64,000 bases of DNA from an uncultured Candidatus Saccharibacteria bacterium. Its GTDB lineage: Bacteria; Patescibacteriota; Minisyncoccia; Phycocordibacterales; JACOZG01. Position 1 is the first letter of the stretch; each line of letters begins with the position of its first letter. Of this stretch, positions 1-8,842 are shown in pieces. The notes under the pieces were generated by a model, which saw only the letters and a program-made list of their open reading frames with translations, was not told the DNA's origin and did no database searches. Both the position numbers and the translations under genes were made by a program. The stretch spans positions 1,371 through 65,370 of the forward strand of contig CAYHYA010000002.1 in the NCBI GenBank assembly GCA_964360815.1, given 5' to 3'.

Positions 1-384
1 TTTTTCGATCAGAACGATCATGTGGCCGATAAATTCCGTCGCCCGTGGCCAAACGGCTGGACGAAGAATATTCAGCTTCTCAATCTCGTCAAAAAATATT
101 TGCTCATAACCGACCGCTAATTCTTTGGCCGATTGACCACGGGCGCGGCTCGTAGCAATAATCTTGTCGTCAACATCGGTAATGTTGATGACCTGCCGAA
201 CGGAAAAACCACTGCGCTCGAGCGCGCGCCGAAGCAAGTCGCCCGTGACAAAAGTTCGCAGATTGCCAAGATGTGGTGCGGCATAAACCGTCGGCCCACA
301 GGTATAGAAACTGACCAAGGGCGGCCGGGCCGGAGTAAAAACTTCTTTTTGTCCGGTTAAAGTGTTGTGAAATTTTAAAGCCAT
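1..384 (-). CDS. cysS: Cysteinyl-tRNA synthetase, N-terminal part (gene runs off the window start)
   Basis: Manual reverse translation from 384 gives MALKFHNTLTGQKEVF...YTCGPTVYAAPHLGNLRTFV (HIGH-type motif and canonical CysRS N-terminus). Start codon overlaps corA stop by about 10 nt. Confidence 0.85.
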   Translation of the reverse strand, partial: MALKFHNTLTGQKEVFTPARPPLVSFYTCGPTVYAAPHLGNLRTFVTGDLLRRALERSGFSVRQVINITDVDDKIIATSRARGQSAKELAVGYEQIFFDEIEKLNILRPAVWPRATEFIGHMIVLIEK

Positions 385-1307
385 CGGCGTTCTTTGGCCA
401 GAGCAAACATGAAGCTGATCAACAAGACCATGATGCCCAGAACGAAAAACAAATCATGCGGTTGACCCACCAGTGGCAGACTCGTATTCATGCTAAAAAA
501 TTGCGCGACGATGGTCAGTGGAAAAAAGATAAAAGCCAAAACCGCTAAAACCTTCATTGTTTCGTTGGTTTTAATTGACAACAGGGAATCGTTGGTTTGG
601 CGGAGATCAAGAAAGGTTTCGTGGTTGTTTTCGAGCATGGTCCAAATTTTTTCGTATTCGCCAAGAATTGCCGAAAGATAGTATTGGAAGTTTTGATCAA
701 AAAAATCGCGAGTGACGATAACAAGCGAGTCAAGTGTTTGTCGATGAGTTTTGAGGGTCCAGCGGAAATCAAGCAGGTCGCGGTTAACCGAAGACAAAAG
801 ACGAACCATGGCCTTCTCTTCACCGGAAAAAATTTTTTGCTCGGCCTGTTTCAGCAAGCTGTTGATATAATCAAAACCGGTCGAGAGCGAACCGTAAAGA
901 TGTTTAACCAAATAAAAGAAGAGGTGTCCGGCGTGAACGTCGTCGCGTCTTGTACTGGTCTCTTTCAGTCGCGTGGCCACAAACACGCGAGCAAATTCCG
1001 TCAGGCCTTCAATCGGTTGATAGTGAACCGTGAGTAAGAAATTTTTTCCGATGACAAAGTCAATTTCTTCGTGATCTTGACCGTTCGAAACCGGCTGACC
1101 GTAGCAAACACTGCAAATCGGAAAATGAAGAATGAGATAAATAAAATCGGCGTAGCGATCGACCCGCGAACGACGAGAGGGGAGACTCAATTCCTCGGCG
1201 ACCAATGGGTGAACACCGTACTCAGAAGCAATTTGCCCGACTTCTTCCGTGGTCGGTGTTTCGAGATCAATCCAAACCAAACCGTCGTACTCTTGCCGTC
1301 GGATCAT
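375..1307 (-). CDS. corA: CorA-family Mg2+/Co2+ transporter
   Basis: 310 aa with two C-terminal TM helices and FFSMNTSLP (GMN-type motif variant) preceding the last TMs. Size and architecture match CorA. Confidence 0.75.
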   Translation of the reverse strand: MIRRQEYDGLVWIDLETPTTEEVGQIASEYGVHPLVAEELSLPSRRSRVDRYADFIYLILHFPICSVCYGQPVSNGQDHEEIDFVIGKNFLLTVHYQPIEGLTEFARVFVATRLKETSTRRDDVHAGHLFFYLVKHLYGSLSTGFDYINSLLKQAEQKIFSGEEKAMVRLLSSVNRDLLDFRWTLKTHRQTLDSLVIVTRDFFDQNFQYYLSAILGEYEKIWTMLENNHETFLDLRQTNDSLLSIKTNETMKVLAVLAFIFFPLTIVAQFFSMNTSLPLVGQPHDLFFVLGIMVLLISFMFALAKERRWL

Positions 1308-1337
1308 ACAATCGATTATACTGTTTAATAATCAACG

Positions 1338-2540
1338 ATGCAAAAAATAAAAAAGTTAATTAGCCGTCTTGGTTGGCCCCTGCTTTTTGTTTTGGCGGTC
1401 GGTAGTTCGTTCGTGGTTGGAACCCTCGTCGGTTATGAAAAAGAAACGGCGGCCAAAGATATTAGCAATATTGATCTGGCGCCGTTTTGGCAAGTTTGGC
1501 GAGTGATTGATGATAAATTTATTGGTCAAGGAGCAACCACCACCGACGAAATGAGGGTGCGTGGCGCGATTGCCGGGTTGGTTGATTCGCTCGGCGATCC
1601 TTATACCATCTTTCTACCGCCAACCGAGAAAAAAAACTTTGAAGAAAATATCACTGGCAATTTCGGCGGTGTCGGAATTGAAATTGATTTGCGTCACCGC
1701 GTTTTGACGGTCGTATCGGCGCTCGTTGGTACGCCGGCCAAACTGGTTGGAATACTACCGAATGATCAAATTATTAAAATAGACGACACCGCGGCCGTTG
1801 GTTTGAACATTGACGAAGCCGTCGCCCTGATTCGAGGTGAAATTGGCACCGAGGTTAGGTTGCTGATCGCTCGAGAAGGCGAGACAAAGCCGCTCGAATT
1901 CAAAATCAAGCGCGCCAAAATCGTTATTCCAACCTTGGAAACCGAAACAAAAGACGGAATCTTCATCATCAAACTACACAATTTTAGCGCCAATTCACCG
2001 ACGGCTTTTCGAGGGGCTCTGCGCGAGTTTGTGACCAAGCGCGGAAATAAAATGGTCCTCGACTTGCGAGGTAACCCGGGCGGACTGTTGGAAGCGGCCG
2101 TTGATTTGGCCAGTTGGTTTTTGCCGGCCGGGCGAACCGTGGTGACCGAACGGGGTAAAGATCCAAACAAAGAAAAGGTTCATCGGAGTTACGGTTACAA
2201 CATTTTTAAGCGGAAACCCAAACTCGTTGTCTTGATTGATGGCGGGAGCGCTTCGGCGTCCGAGATTTTAGCCGGCGCTTTGGCTGAGCACGGGCTGGCC
2301 ACTCTGGTGGGGGAGAAGACTTTCGGCAAGGGATCAGTGCAGGAGTTGGTTGACCTCGCCGATGGCAGCTCACTTAAGATCACTGTGGCCAAATGGTTTA
2401 CTCCCAAGGGCGTTAGTTTGTCGGATAACGGCTTAACCCCGGAGGTGCTGGTTGAGCAAAAACCGGAAGATCGAGAGGCCGGAATCGATCGGCCGCTCGC
2501 TCGCGCAATAGAAATACTAAATGGCCGTAGTGTCAAGTAG
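1338..2540 (+). CDS. Carboxyl-terminal processing protease (S41 family, Ctp/Prc-like) with PDZ domain
   Basis: N-terminal signal/TM. GNFGGVGIEI...PDZ segment...DLRGNPGG...IDGGSASASEI...GEKTFGKG are hallmark S41 tail-specific protease motifs. Confidence 0.85.
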   Translation: MQKIKKLISRLGWPLLFVLAVGSSFVVGTLVGYEKETAAKDISNIDLAPFWQVWRVIDDKFIGQGATTTDEMRVRGAIAGLVDSLGDPYTIFLPPTEKKNFEENITGNFGGVGIEIDLRHRVLTVVSALVGTPAKLVGILPNDQIIKIDDTAAVGLNIDEAVALIRGEIGTEVRLLIAREGETKPLEFKIKRAKIVIPTLETETKDGIFIIKLHNFSANSPTAFRGALREFVTKRGNKMVLDLRGNPGGLLEAAVDLASWFLPAGRTVVTERGKDPNKEKVHRSYGYNIFKRKPKLVVLIDGGSASASEILAGALAEHGLATLVGEKTFGKGSVQELVDLADGSSLKITVAKWFTPKGVSLSDNGLTPEVLVEQKPEDREAGIDRPLARAIEILNGRSVK

Positions 2541-2574
2541 GCGGGAGCAGGGGAGTTCGCTATGATGGCAAAAT

Positions 2575-3018
2575 ATGAAAGTTTTATTGCTCAACAATGT
2601 TCCGGCTCTGGGTCAACGATTTGAACTGAAAGAGGTGGCGAGTGGCCACGCGCGTAATTTTCTTATCCCCAAGGGCTTGGCGATAATCGCTGATGTTGCA
2701 GCTCACAAACGAGTTGAGTTCTTAAAAACAAAACAATTTAACGAAGATAAGAACCAACAAACGCGCGTGGAAAATATTATTAAAAATTTGTCGGATCAAA
2801 CACTCAAGATTGAAGCCAAGGCCAACGCCCAAGGCCATCTCTTTGAGGGTTTGGACGAGAAACGAATCGTGGCGGCAATTAAGAGTCAGACCGGAATTGA
2901 GGCCGAAGAAAAATGGCTCAAATTAGACCGCCCAATTAAGGTCACCGGTGAGCACGAATTAACAATCACAGGCGGAAAATTGAGCGGTCAGATCAAATTG
3001 ATCGTCACCGCTAGTTAA
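2575..3018 (+). CDS. rplI: 50S ribosomal protein L9
   Basis: [36 protein letters not shown] matches the bL9 N-domain; 147 aa. Confidence 0.9.
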   Translation: MKVLLLNNVPALGQRFELKEVASGHARNFLIPKGLAIIADVAAHKRVEFLKTKQFNEDKNQQTRVENIIKNLSDQTLKIEAKANAQGHLFEGLDEKRIVAAIKSQTGIEAEEKWLKLDRPIKVTGEHELTITGGKLSGQIKLIVTAS

Positions 3019-3283
3019 TCGAAACTTCTTTGACTGAACGAACTCGAGAGTCGAAGTTGGTTTTGCGGCGATCGCGAAAATGAACCCGACCGGGCTTAAG
3101 AGCAAAGATGGTATGATCAACACCCAGACCGACGTTCGACCCAGCCAAGTAGCGCGTCCCGCGCTGACGGACAATAATCGAACCGGCTTTCGCCAACTGG
3201 CCCTCGGCCAATTTAACCCCAAGAAATTTTGGCTGGGAGTCACGTAGGTTTTTCGCGGTACCACCAGCTTTTCGATGTGCCAT
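3011..3283 (-). CDS. rpmA: 50S ribosomal protein L27
   Basis: [24 protein letters not shown]...[28 protein letters not shown] is a canonical bL27. Confidence 0.92.
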   Translation of the reverse strand: MAHRKAGGTAKNLRDSQPKFLGVKLAEGQLAKAGSIIVRQRGTRYLAGSNVGLGVDHTIFALKPGRVHFRDRRKTNFDSRVRSVKEVSIN

Positions 3284-3285
3284 AT

Positions 3286-3618
3286 ATGGATAATATAAAC
3301 CCTTGGTTAGAAAAAATCAAGCCCGTGATCGGGCCACTTAACTTGGTGTTGGTGGCGGCCCTAGGATTCGGTCTTGGTCGGTGGTCAAAAATAGAGGAGC
3401 AACGCGAGCCGGTTTTAATCGAAAATAGTACAACATCCGATAACGTAACAACCAAAAGTCAGGGCCAAGTGGTTGGGTCAAAAAACGGCAACAAGTATCA
3501 TTACCCGTGGTGTTCGGGAGCACAGAGAATTAAAGAAGAAAATAAAATTTGGTTCACATCAGTTGATGAAGCCAAGAAGGCCGGCTATACGCCGGCCGCC
3601 AACTGCCCGGGGTTGTAA
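3286..3618 (+). CDS. Small membrane-anchored protein with C-terminal Cys-containing YHYPWC...AANC putative metal-binding domain
   Basis: ORF 3229..3618 overlaps rpmA on the other strand, so the internal ATG at 3286 ([10 protein letters not shown]...) is more plausible. TM segment [15 protein letters not shown]-terminal [38 protein letters not shown] resembles small Cys-pair DNA/metal-binding modules. Confidence 0.4.
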   Translation: MDNINPWLEKIKPVIGPLNLVLVAALGFGLGRWSKIEEQREPVLIENSTTSDNVTTKSQGQVVGSKNGNKYHYPWCSGAQRIKEENKIWFTSVDEAKKAGYTPAANCPGL

Positions 3619-3664
3619 TGTCGCACAATATATCTTTTGCGACAATGACGGCATTTGGTTTTGA

Positions 3665-4114
3665 TTATGATCGCTTCTTATCCCAACACCGCCGACTCCA
3701 ACGCCAGGCACTTTTACCCTGATTATCCATAACCCACATGGCGTACTCAATATTACCCTCAAGCGTGTAGATATCCAGACCAAGCTCGCGGCTCTTCTCT
3801 AGATGGTATTTTTCGTTGATTTGGAACGTCCCGACGTCTTGCGGGTTAACTCGGCCACGCAAAACCTCACCAGCTCGATTGTAGTGATTAAGGTTGCTTT
3901 CGCAACGGGCAATTAGCGTGGCGATTTTCGGATCAACCCCGTAATCTTGGCTAGTTTGATCAATTAGTTCGCTGACCAATTCTGATTGAGTCGCCGGAAC
4001 AACAAGCGTCGGCACGCTGGTTGAAGCCACGGAATCAATTGAGGAAACGCTACCAAGTTGGGCCACAGCCAAAAGGCCAGCCAAACCGATTTTCGTTAAG
4101 GTGTAAGTGTACAT
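3665..4114 (-). CDS. Secreted transglycosylase-like (Rpf/Transglycosylase-like domain) protein
   Basis: Signal peptide followed by IARCESNLNHYNRAGEVLRGRVNPQDVGTFQINEKYH, similar to the CESGGNxxAxNxSGYxGLFQ motif of Rpf-type transglycosylase-like domains. Confidence 0.6.
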   Translation of the reverse strand: MYTYTLTKIGLAGLLAVAQLGSVSSIDSVASTSVPTLVVPATQSELVSELIDQTSQDYGVDPKIATLIARCESNLNHYNRAGEVLRGRVNPQDVGTFQINEKYHLEKSRELGLDIYTLEGNIEYAMWVMDNQGKSAWRWSRRCWDKKRS

Positions 4115-4125
4115 AAAACCAAAAA

Positions 4126-4151
4126 TAACTAGACAATAAATTGTCTAGTTA
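4126..4151. promoter_or_regulatory. Perfect 11-4-11 palindrome (tAACTAGACAA-TAAA-TTGTCTAGTTa), candidate operator
   Basis: Seen directly: exact inverted repeat with 4-nt spacer 12 nt upstream of the Rpf-like gene start, AT-rich, not followed by a T-run. This is operator-like rather than terminator-like. Confidence 0.4.
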
Positions 4152-4354
4152 GTCAAAATTAGTATTAATCAAGCGGACCGAATCAACTGCGACTACCCTA
4201 TCCAGTCCTAGTTCTAGGATAGCATACCGGCGATTCTTTGTCCAGCGGCGAAATAATTACCCGATGAACCTGCAATCCGCATTGTAGACTCAATAAGGAG
4301 GAGGAAGCTTAACGACCGTTCGCCAGGCTTCCTCCGCGAGGGAATTAGAAGTAT

Positions 4355-4906
4355 CTAGGTTCTGATACCTCTAATCCTCGACCACACGATCCACCACCCC
4401 GGGGGAAGGATGAGGTCTGGAAATCCTTCTTGTCTGATAACCCCGCCGGTCCCCTCACAAGAAAAACAAATTTTCCCAAGCCCGCGACCCTGAAGGTCGT
4501 ACTCGGACACATAATAATGGATCGTAAGGCCTATAACTTCTACCTCCCACCCGTGACGAATTTTTTTTAGGGGAAGCCCGTCAACCCCCTTCCTCGCTTC
4601 GACGTATTCATCCGGACGCCATTGGGGGGCGTTACGGTGGCGCCACAGACGCAGTTTTCCCTGCGACAGGGTCTCCGCTGCACCGTAGGCACTCCACACC
4701 CTACGCTCACATTTCTCCGAGGAGCAATTCCAAACCTCCGCCCCGTTGGGATCACCCTCGTCGGTCCTAACGAGGAGAGACCGGCATGCCCGACACTTTC
4801 CGTTGGCGATATCCTCCGCGTCGAGCTTGTCGAACCCGTAATAGCTCCGTGCCCCCGCGGCCTCTTCATACCCGCCTCCTAAAGTCAGTGGCTCTAACCT
4901 GCCCAT
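4355..4906 (-). CDS. Hypothetical Cys-rich protein (8 Cys), GC-rich relative to flanks
   Basis: 183-aa ORF with strong RBS (AAGGAGataaaaaATG) and upstream TTGACT-17-TACCAT promoter-like elements. No recognizable domain. C-terminus ILPPGWWIVWSRIRGIRT is hydrophobic then Arg-rich. Local GC clearly higher than neighbours. Confidence 0.5.
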   Translation of the reverse strand: MGRLEPLTLGGGYEEAAGARSYYGFDKLDAEDIANGKCRACRSLLVRTDEGDPNGAEVWNCSSEKCERRVWSAYGAAETLSQGKLRLWRHRNAPQWRPDEYVEARKGVDGLPLKKIRHGWEVEVIGLTIHYYVSEYDLQGRGLGKICFSCEGTGGVIRQEGFPDLILPPGWWIVWSRIRGIRT

Positions 4907-5192
4907 TTTTTATCTCCTTTTCAATGTTCAAGACTTTGTTTACAAAACCAAACCTCTCCCTATGGTAGCATATTCAATATAAAAAGTCAAGCTTTACCAG
5001 GATTTTAACCAAACGAGAATTTGCTCAAGCCAGATGGTAACTCTATCAATTACCCCGGCGAAGATTTGCCTAACATCAATCTGAAGATAAGAAAAAATCG
5101 CGACTACCACAATGATTGTTAAAATTAACTTAATAAATCCAGCTGATTTCTGTTGCATGTTACAGCTGATTATATTACAAAACCGTTTTTAT

Positions 5193-6458
5193 TCAAAGAT
5201 AGACCAACGGATCAAGATAAGCGTTGGAACTGACTAGCGGCATGGTCACACTCGCTCCGGCGCAGGATTTGAAATTGTATTTGTCTATCTTGACTCCTTG
5301 AGTGGCCACCACGCCGAGGTGGAGATGCGGGCCGGTGGAATAACCGCTCTGGCCGCTATAAGCAATCACCTGACCCACCGCAACTTGTTGCCCCGGACTG
5401 GCCTTAATCACCGATAGGTGGCCATAGATGGTGCTTAGGCCGTTCGGATGACGCAACAAAACCCATTTGCCGTAAGAAGCCCCGCGACAAGCCGGATCAG
5501 TATCCCCGACCCCGATCACTTCGCCGCTTCCCGCCGCTTTAACCGGTGTCCCAATCGCCGCGCGGAAATCAACGCCATTGTGTGTCCCCGAGAGATAAAG
5601 ACGTTTAGCGTCAACCGTTTTACCAAATTTTTGAGTAATGAAAATTGAATCAAGCGGCCAACGCAAAACCCCGCGCCCGGCCGGTGGCAAACGGTTGGGA
5701 TCAATGATAATTTGTAATTGTGACTCGAAATCGAAAAGCTCTTTTTCGAAAGCATTTTTACGAGCGATCGTCGTGGCCAGGAGTTTCCGATAGCTGACCT
5801 CTTCTTTCTTGGTGGCCTCAAGTAGACGATCTTTTTCGGCCTGGTTATATTTAGCCACCTCGCGCTGATCGCTCAAACGTTCTTTCAGGTCGGCGAGCCG
5901 TTGGCGCTCTTTTTCGGTTTCCCCCTTTTTTTGGTTCAAGTCTTCTTTGATTAAAGACAAGGTGGAAATGTTTTGTTGTAAATCACGTTGAAAAGCCGAC
6001 AACTCACTGATCCTGGTCCAAACGTCAGACGTGCGATTATGGTCAAGCAAAATCTCAACGAGGGATTGACTTTCGGTCACTCGCCATTGCCGCAGAGCTT
6101 CGCCGATCGCGAGGCGACGATGCTTAAGGGATTGGTCTTTATCGCCGATCTCCAGGGCCAACTTTTCAAGCGTCAAATCGGTTTTAAACACTTGATTCTC
6201 GGTGACCTTGATTTCGGTTTCGAGCTTTTTCTTGGTGGTATCGAGTCGAGCAATTTCTCCGATTAGGTTTTTAGACGTTTGTTCCGTTGATTTCAACTCT
6301 TCTCGATAAACCTCGATGGTGGCTTCCAGCTTTTTAATCTCATCATTATGGTTGCTAATTTTTGACTTAAGCTCATCAATCGTAGCGGCCTGTACTGGGC
6401 CGCTCAGGAGAAAACCAAAAATAAAAAATAGCAACCTAATTCGAAGTTTTGGCGGCAT
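5193..6458 (-). CDS. M23-family peptidoglycan metalloendopeptidase with N-terminal coiled-coil (EnvC/NlpD-like)
   Basis: Signal/TM then long coiled-coil. C-terminal HNGVDF...YGHLS...GPHLHLGV M23 (LytM) motifs. Start placed at internal ATG (MPPKLRI...); the ORF-track start is an upstream TTG. Confidence 0.85.
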   Translation of the reverse strand: MPPKLRIRLLFFIFGFLLSGPVQAATIDELKSKISNHNDEIKKLEATIEVYREELKSTEQTSKNLIGEIARLDTTKKKLETEIKVTENQVFKTDLTLEKLALEIGDKDQSLKHRRLAIGEALRQWRVTESQSLVEILLDHNRTSDVWTRISELSAFQRDLQQNISTLSLIKEDLNQKKGETEKERQRLADLKERLSDQREVAKYNQAEKDRLLEATKKEEVSYRKLLATTIARKNAFEKELFDFESQLQIIIDPNRLPPAGRGVLRWPLDSIFITQKFGKTVDAKRLYLSGTHNGVDFRAAIGTPVKAAGSGEVIGVGDTDPACRGASYGKWVLLRHPNGLSTIYGHLSVIKASPGQQVAVGQVIAYSGQSGYSTGPHLHLGVVATQGVKIDKYNFKSCAGASVTMPLVSSNAYLDPLVYL

Positions 6459-7704
6459 GTTCAAGACGAAGGAGGGTTTCTTTTTTACCCAAAATATCGG
6501 CAATAGTAAACGGGTCCGGTGACTTTTCGAGACCGGTTAAAGCGACCCTAAACGGCCAAAGAACGTTACTTTTACCGTGTTGTTCGGCGTAAGGGAAAAT
6601 AGTTGCCCGCACTTTCTCGGCCGTAAAATCATCATCTGGTAGTTTTTCTAAAATTTTTTTCAATGGTTCAAGATGGTCTTGGTTTCGCAAAAGAGTTCGA
6701 GAGTAAATCGGCAGTGCTAAAAAATAACCAAACTCGCCGGTCGGTTCTAAAAAACGCGAAACATCATTTAGCGTGACCATTCGTTCACGAAGTAGCGGCA
6801 AGATTTTCCGGATTAACGGTTGATCGAACCCGGCTGGTATTTGTCGAATGATCATTTCCTCGGGCAAAAGTTTGAGATATTCGCGATTAAGCCAATTTAA
6901 TTTAGTCACATCAAACACCGCTCCCCCTTTCTGAATTTTTTCCAGTGAAAATTTTTCGATTAATTCGGTCAGAGAAAATATTTCTTGTTCCGTGCCCGGA
7001 TTCCAGCCAAGTAAGGCCAGATAGTTGATCAGAGCTTCCGGCAAATAACCGCGCTCGCGATAGTCGGTTACCGACACGGCGCCGTGGCGTTTTGATAGTT
7101 TCGAGCGATCGGGAGCGAGAATCAGCGGAATGTGAGCGTAAATTGGCCGCGGCGCGCCGAGGGCTTCTTGGATTAAAATTTGCCGCGGCGTGTTGGAAAT
7201 ATGGTCTTCGCCACGAATCACGTGGGTAAGGCCCATTTGCCAATCGTCAACCACTACGGCAAAGTGATAGAGCGGCTCATTAATATTTCGGGCGATGATA
7301 AAATCACCAAGTTCGGTGGTATCGAAGCTGATTTCACCCCGCACCAAATCGGTGAAGGTAATTACTCGACCAGGATTACGAAAACGGATTACCGGCGCTT
7401 CTGGCGAACGGTATACGGCACCGGTGACGAGCAAACGCTCGAGTTCGGTTGTGTAAACTGCCGTCCGTTCGGATTGCCGACAGGTCTCATCAAACTTAAA
7501 TTGAAGCCACTGGAGACTGTCCAAAATACTGGCCTCGTATTCTGGTTTTGATCGTTCGCGATCGGTGTCCTCAAACCGCAAAATTATTTTGCCGCCCATT
7601 TGTTTGGCGAATAAATAATTAAACAGGGCGGTCCGGGCGCCGCCAACGTGTAGCGGCCCGGTCGGACTCGGTGGAAATCGAACAATAACAGAACTACCTT
7701 TCAT
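6436..7704 (-). CDS. gltX: Glutamyl-tRNA synthetase (compact form)
   Basis: VRFPPSPTGPLHVGGARTALFNYLFA (HIGH region) and KLSKRHG (KMSKS) motifs; 422 aa. Confidence 0.85.
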   Translation of the reverse strand: MKGSSVIVRFPPSPTGPLHVGGARTALFNYLFAKQMGGKIILRFEDTDRERSKPEYEASILDSLQWLQFKFDETCRQSERTAVYTTELERLLVTGAVYRSPEAPVIRFRNPGRVITFTDLVRGEISFDTTELGDFIIARNINEPLYHFAVVVDDWQMGLTHVIRGEDHISNTPRQILIQEALGAPRPIYAHIPLILAPDRSKLSKRHGAVSVTDYRERGYLPEALINYLALLGWNPGTEQEIFSLTELIEKFSLEKIQKGGAVFDVTKLNWLNREYLKLLPEEMIIRQIPAGFDQPLIRKILPLLRERMVTLNDVSRFLEPTGEFGYFLALPIYSRTLLRNQDHLEPLKKILEKLPDDDFTAEKVRATIFPYAEQHGKSNVLWPFRVALTGLEKSPDPFTIADILGKKETLLRLEHAAKTSN

Positions 7705-8842
7705 GACTCAAAGCGATTTTGATTAGTTCTTCGGCGATCAAGCGTGCGGCGTTCGGTTTGGAAAAATTTTTGGCATTGAGGCGCATGGTTTCTAATAGCT
7801 TTTGGTTTTTGAGTAAACGATTGATTTCCGTCAGCAGGACTGACGGCAAGAGGTTATCTTGTTCAATCACCACCGCCGCGCCAGTCCGCGCGTAGGTGAA
7901 AGCATTGGTGCGTTGGTCGTGGCTAATTTTTTCCGGAATGGGAATTAGGATCGCCGGTATCCCCCACTCGGCAATTTCGAAAATAGTTGAACCAGCCCGA
8001 GAAATAACCAGATCGCTCACCCCCGCCACCATCCGCATCGCTGATTCGTTTAGGTAATCAAAAAGTTTATAGCGATCGGCCTGGGGATGACCAGCGAGAA
8101 CGGTTTGCGTTCGCTTCTTGATATCGGAAAAATTGTCTCTACCAACTTGATGGATGACGGCGTATTCTTTAAGCAACGATGGTAAAATATCTACCACCAC
8201 GTCGTTGATGGCCCGAGCACCCTGCGAGCCGCCGGTGACAAAAACGACCGGCCGGTTTGGCTCAAGTTGTAAAAATTCTCGGGCCCCCTGACGCAGGGGG
8301 TGTTTGAAGTTCATCCGCAGAGGGTTACCGGTTACGGCGATTTTTCCACGATCAGCGGGTTTAAAATAGTCCACCGCTTCCGGATAAGAAACAGCGATGC
8401 GTTTAGCGAAGCGACTGGCCCACAAGTTGGCTCGGCCGGGACGGGTGTCGGATTCGTGGATGAAGACCGGCAGGCCAAGCCAATGCGCCGCCCAAACCAC
8501 CGGCACACTGGCGTAGCCACCCTTACTGAAAACGACGTCGGGGTAAATAAAGTAGAGTTTAAACAGGGCGGTCACGAGACCGAGCCCCAACCTCACCAAG
8601 TCAAAAAGATTGCGCAGAAAATTTCTCGGCGTAAAATAGCGCCGCCATTTGCCTGAAGCCACGGCCACAAACTCGAGTCCGTTGTCGAACAGGGCCCGGT
8701 GGTCGTATGGTTGTTCCGATAAAAAATAAAGTTTAACGTTTACCAACTTGCGTTCTCGGGTAAGCGCATTGACCTCTTCGGCCACAGCGATAATTGGATA
8801 GAAGTGCCCACCCGTTCCGCCGCCAGTAAAAACTATTTTCAT
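7694..8842 (-). CDS. murG: UDP-GlcNAc:lipid I N-acetylglucosaminyltransferase MurG
   Basis: MKIVFTGGGTGGHFYPIIAV N-terminal G-loop and overall GT28 size, located next to ftsW. Confidence 0.85.
   Translation of the reverse strand: MKIVFTGGGTGGHFYPIIAVAEEVNALTRERKLVNVKLYFLSEQPYDHRALFDNGLEFVAVASGKWRRYFTPRNFLRNLFDLVRLGLGLVTALFKLYFIYPDVVFSKGGYASVPVVWAAHWLGLPVFIHESDTRPGRANLWASRFAKRIAVSYPEAVDYFKPADRGKIAVTGNPLRMNFKHPLRQGAREFLQLEPNRPVVFVTGGSQGARAINDVVVDILPSLLKEYAVIHQVGRDNFSDIKKRTQTVLAGHPQADRYKLFDYLNESAMRMVAGVSDLVISRAGSTIFEIAEWGIPAILIPIPEKISHDQRTNAFTYARTGAAVVIEQDNLLPSVLLTEINRLLKNQKLLETMRLNAKNFSKPNAARLIAEELIKIALSHER

Noticed and set aside
597-1037. 146-aa plus-strand ORF inside corA
   Set aside because: Antisense to a well-supported CorA gene; low-complexity translation, no start context.
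4140-4354. Possibility that the hairpin-rich GC region is a tmRNA, RNase P RNA or group I intron
   Set aside because: I could not find the tmRNA tag-reading frame or tRNA-like 3' end (GGTTCGA..CCA), RNase P conserved GGAAAGUCCGG or AGGGUGAAA boxes, or group I P7/P3 pairing. Kept only as an unclassified structured region.
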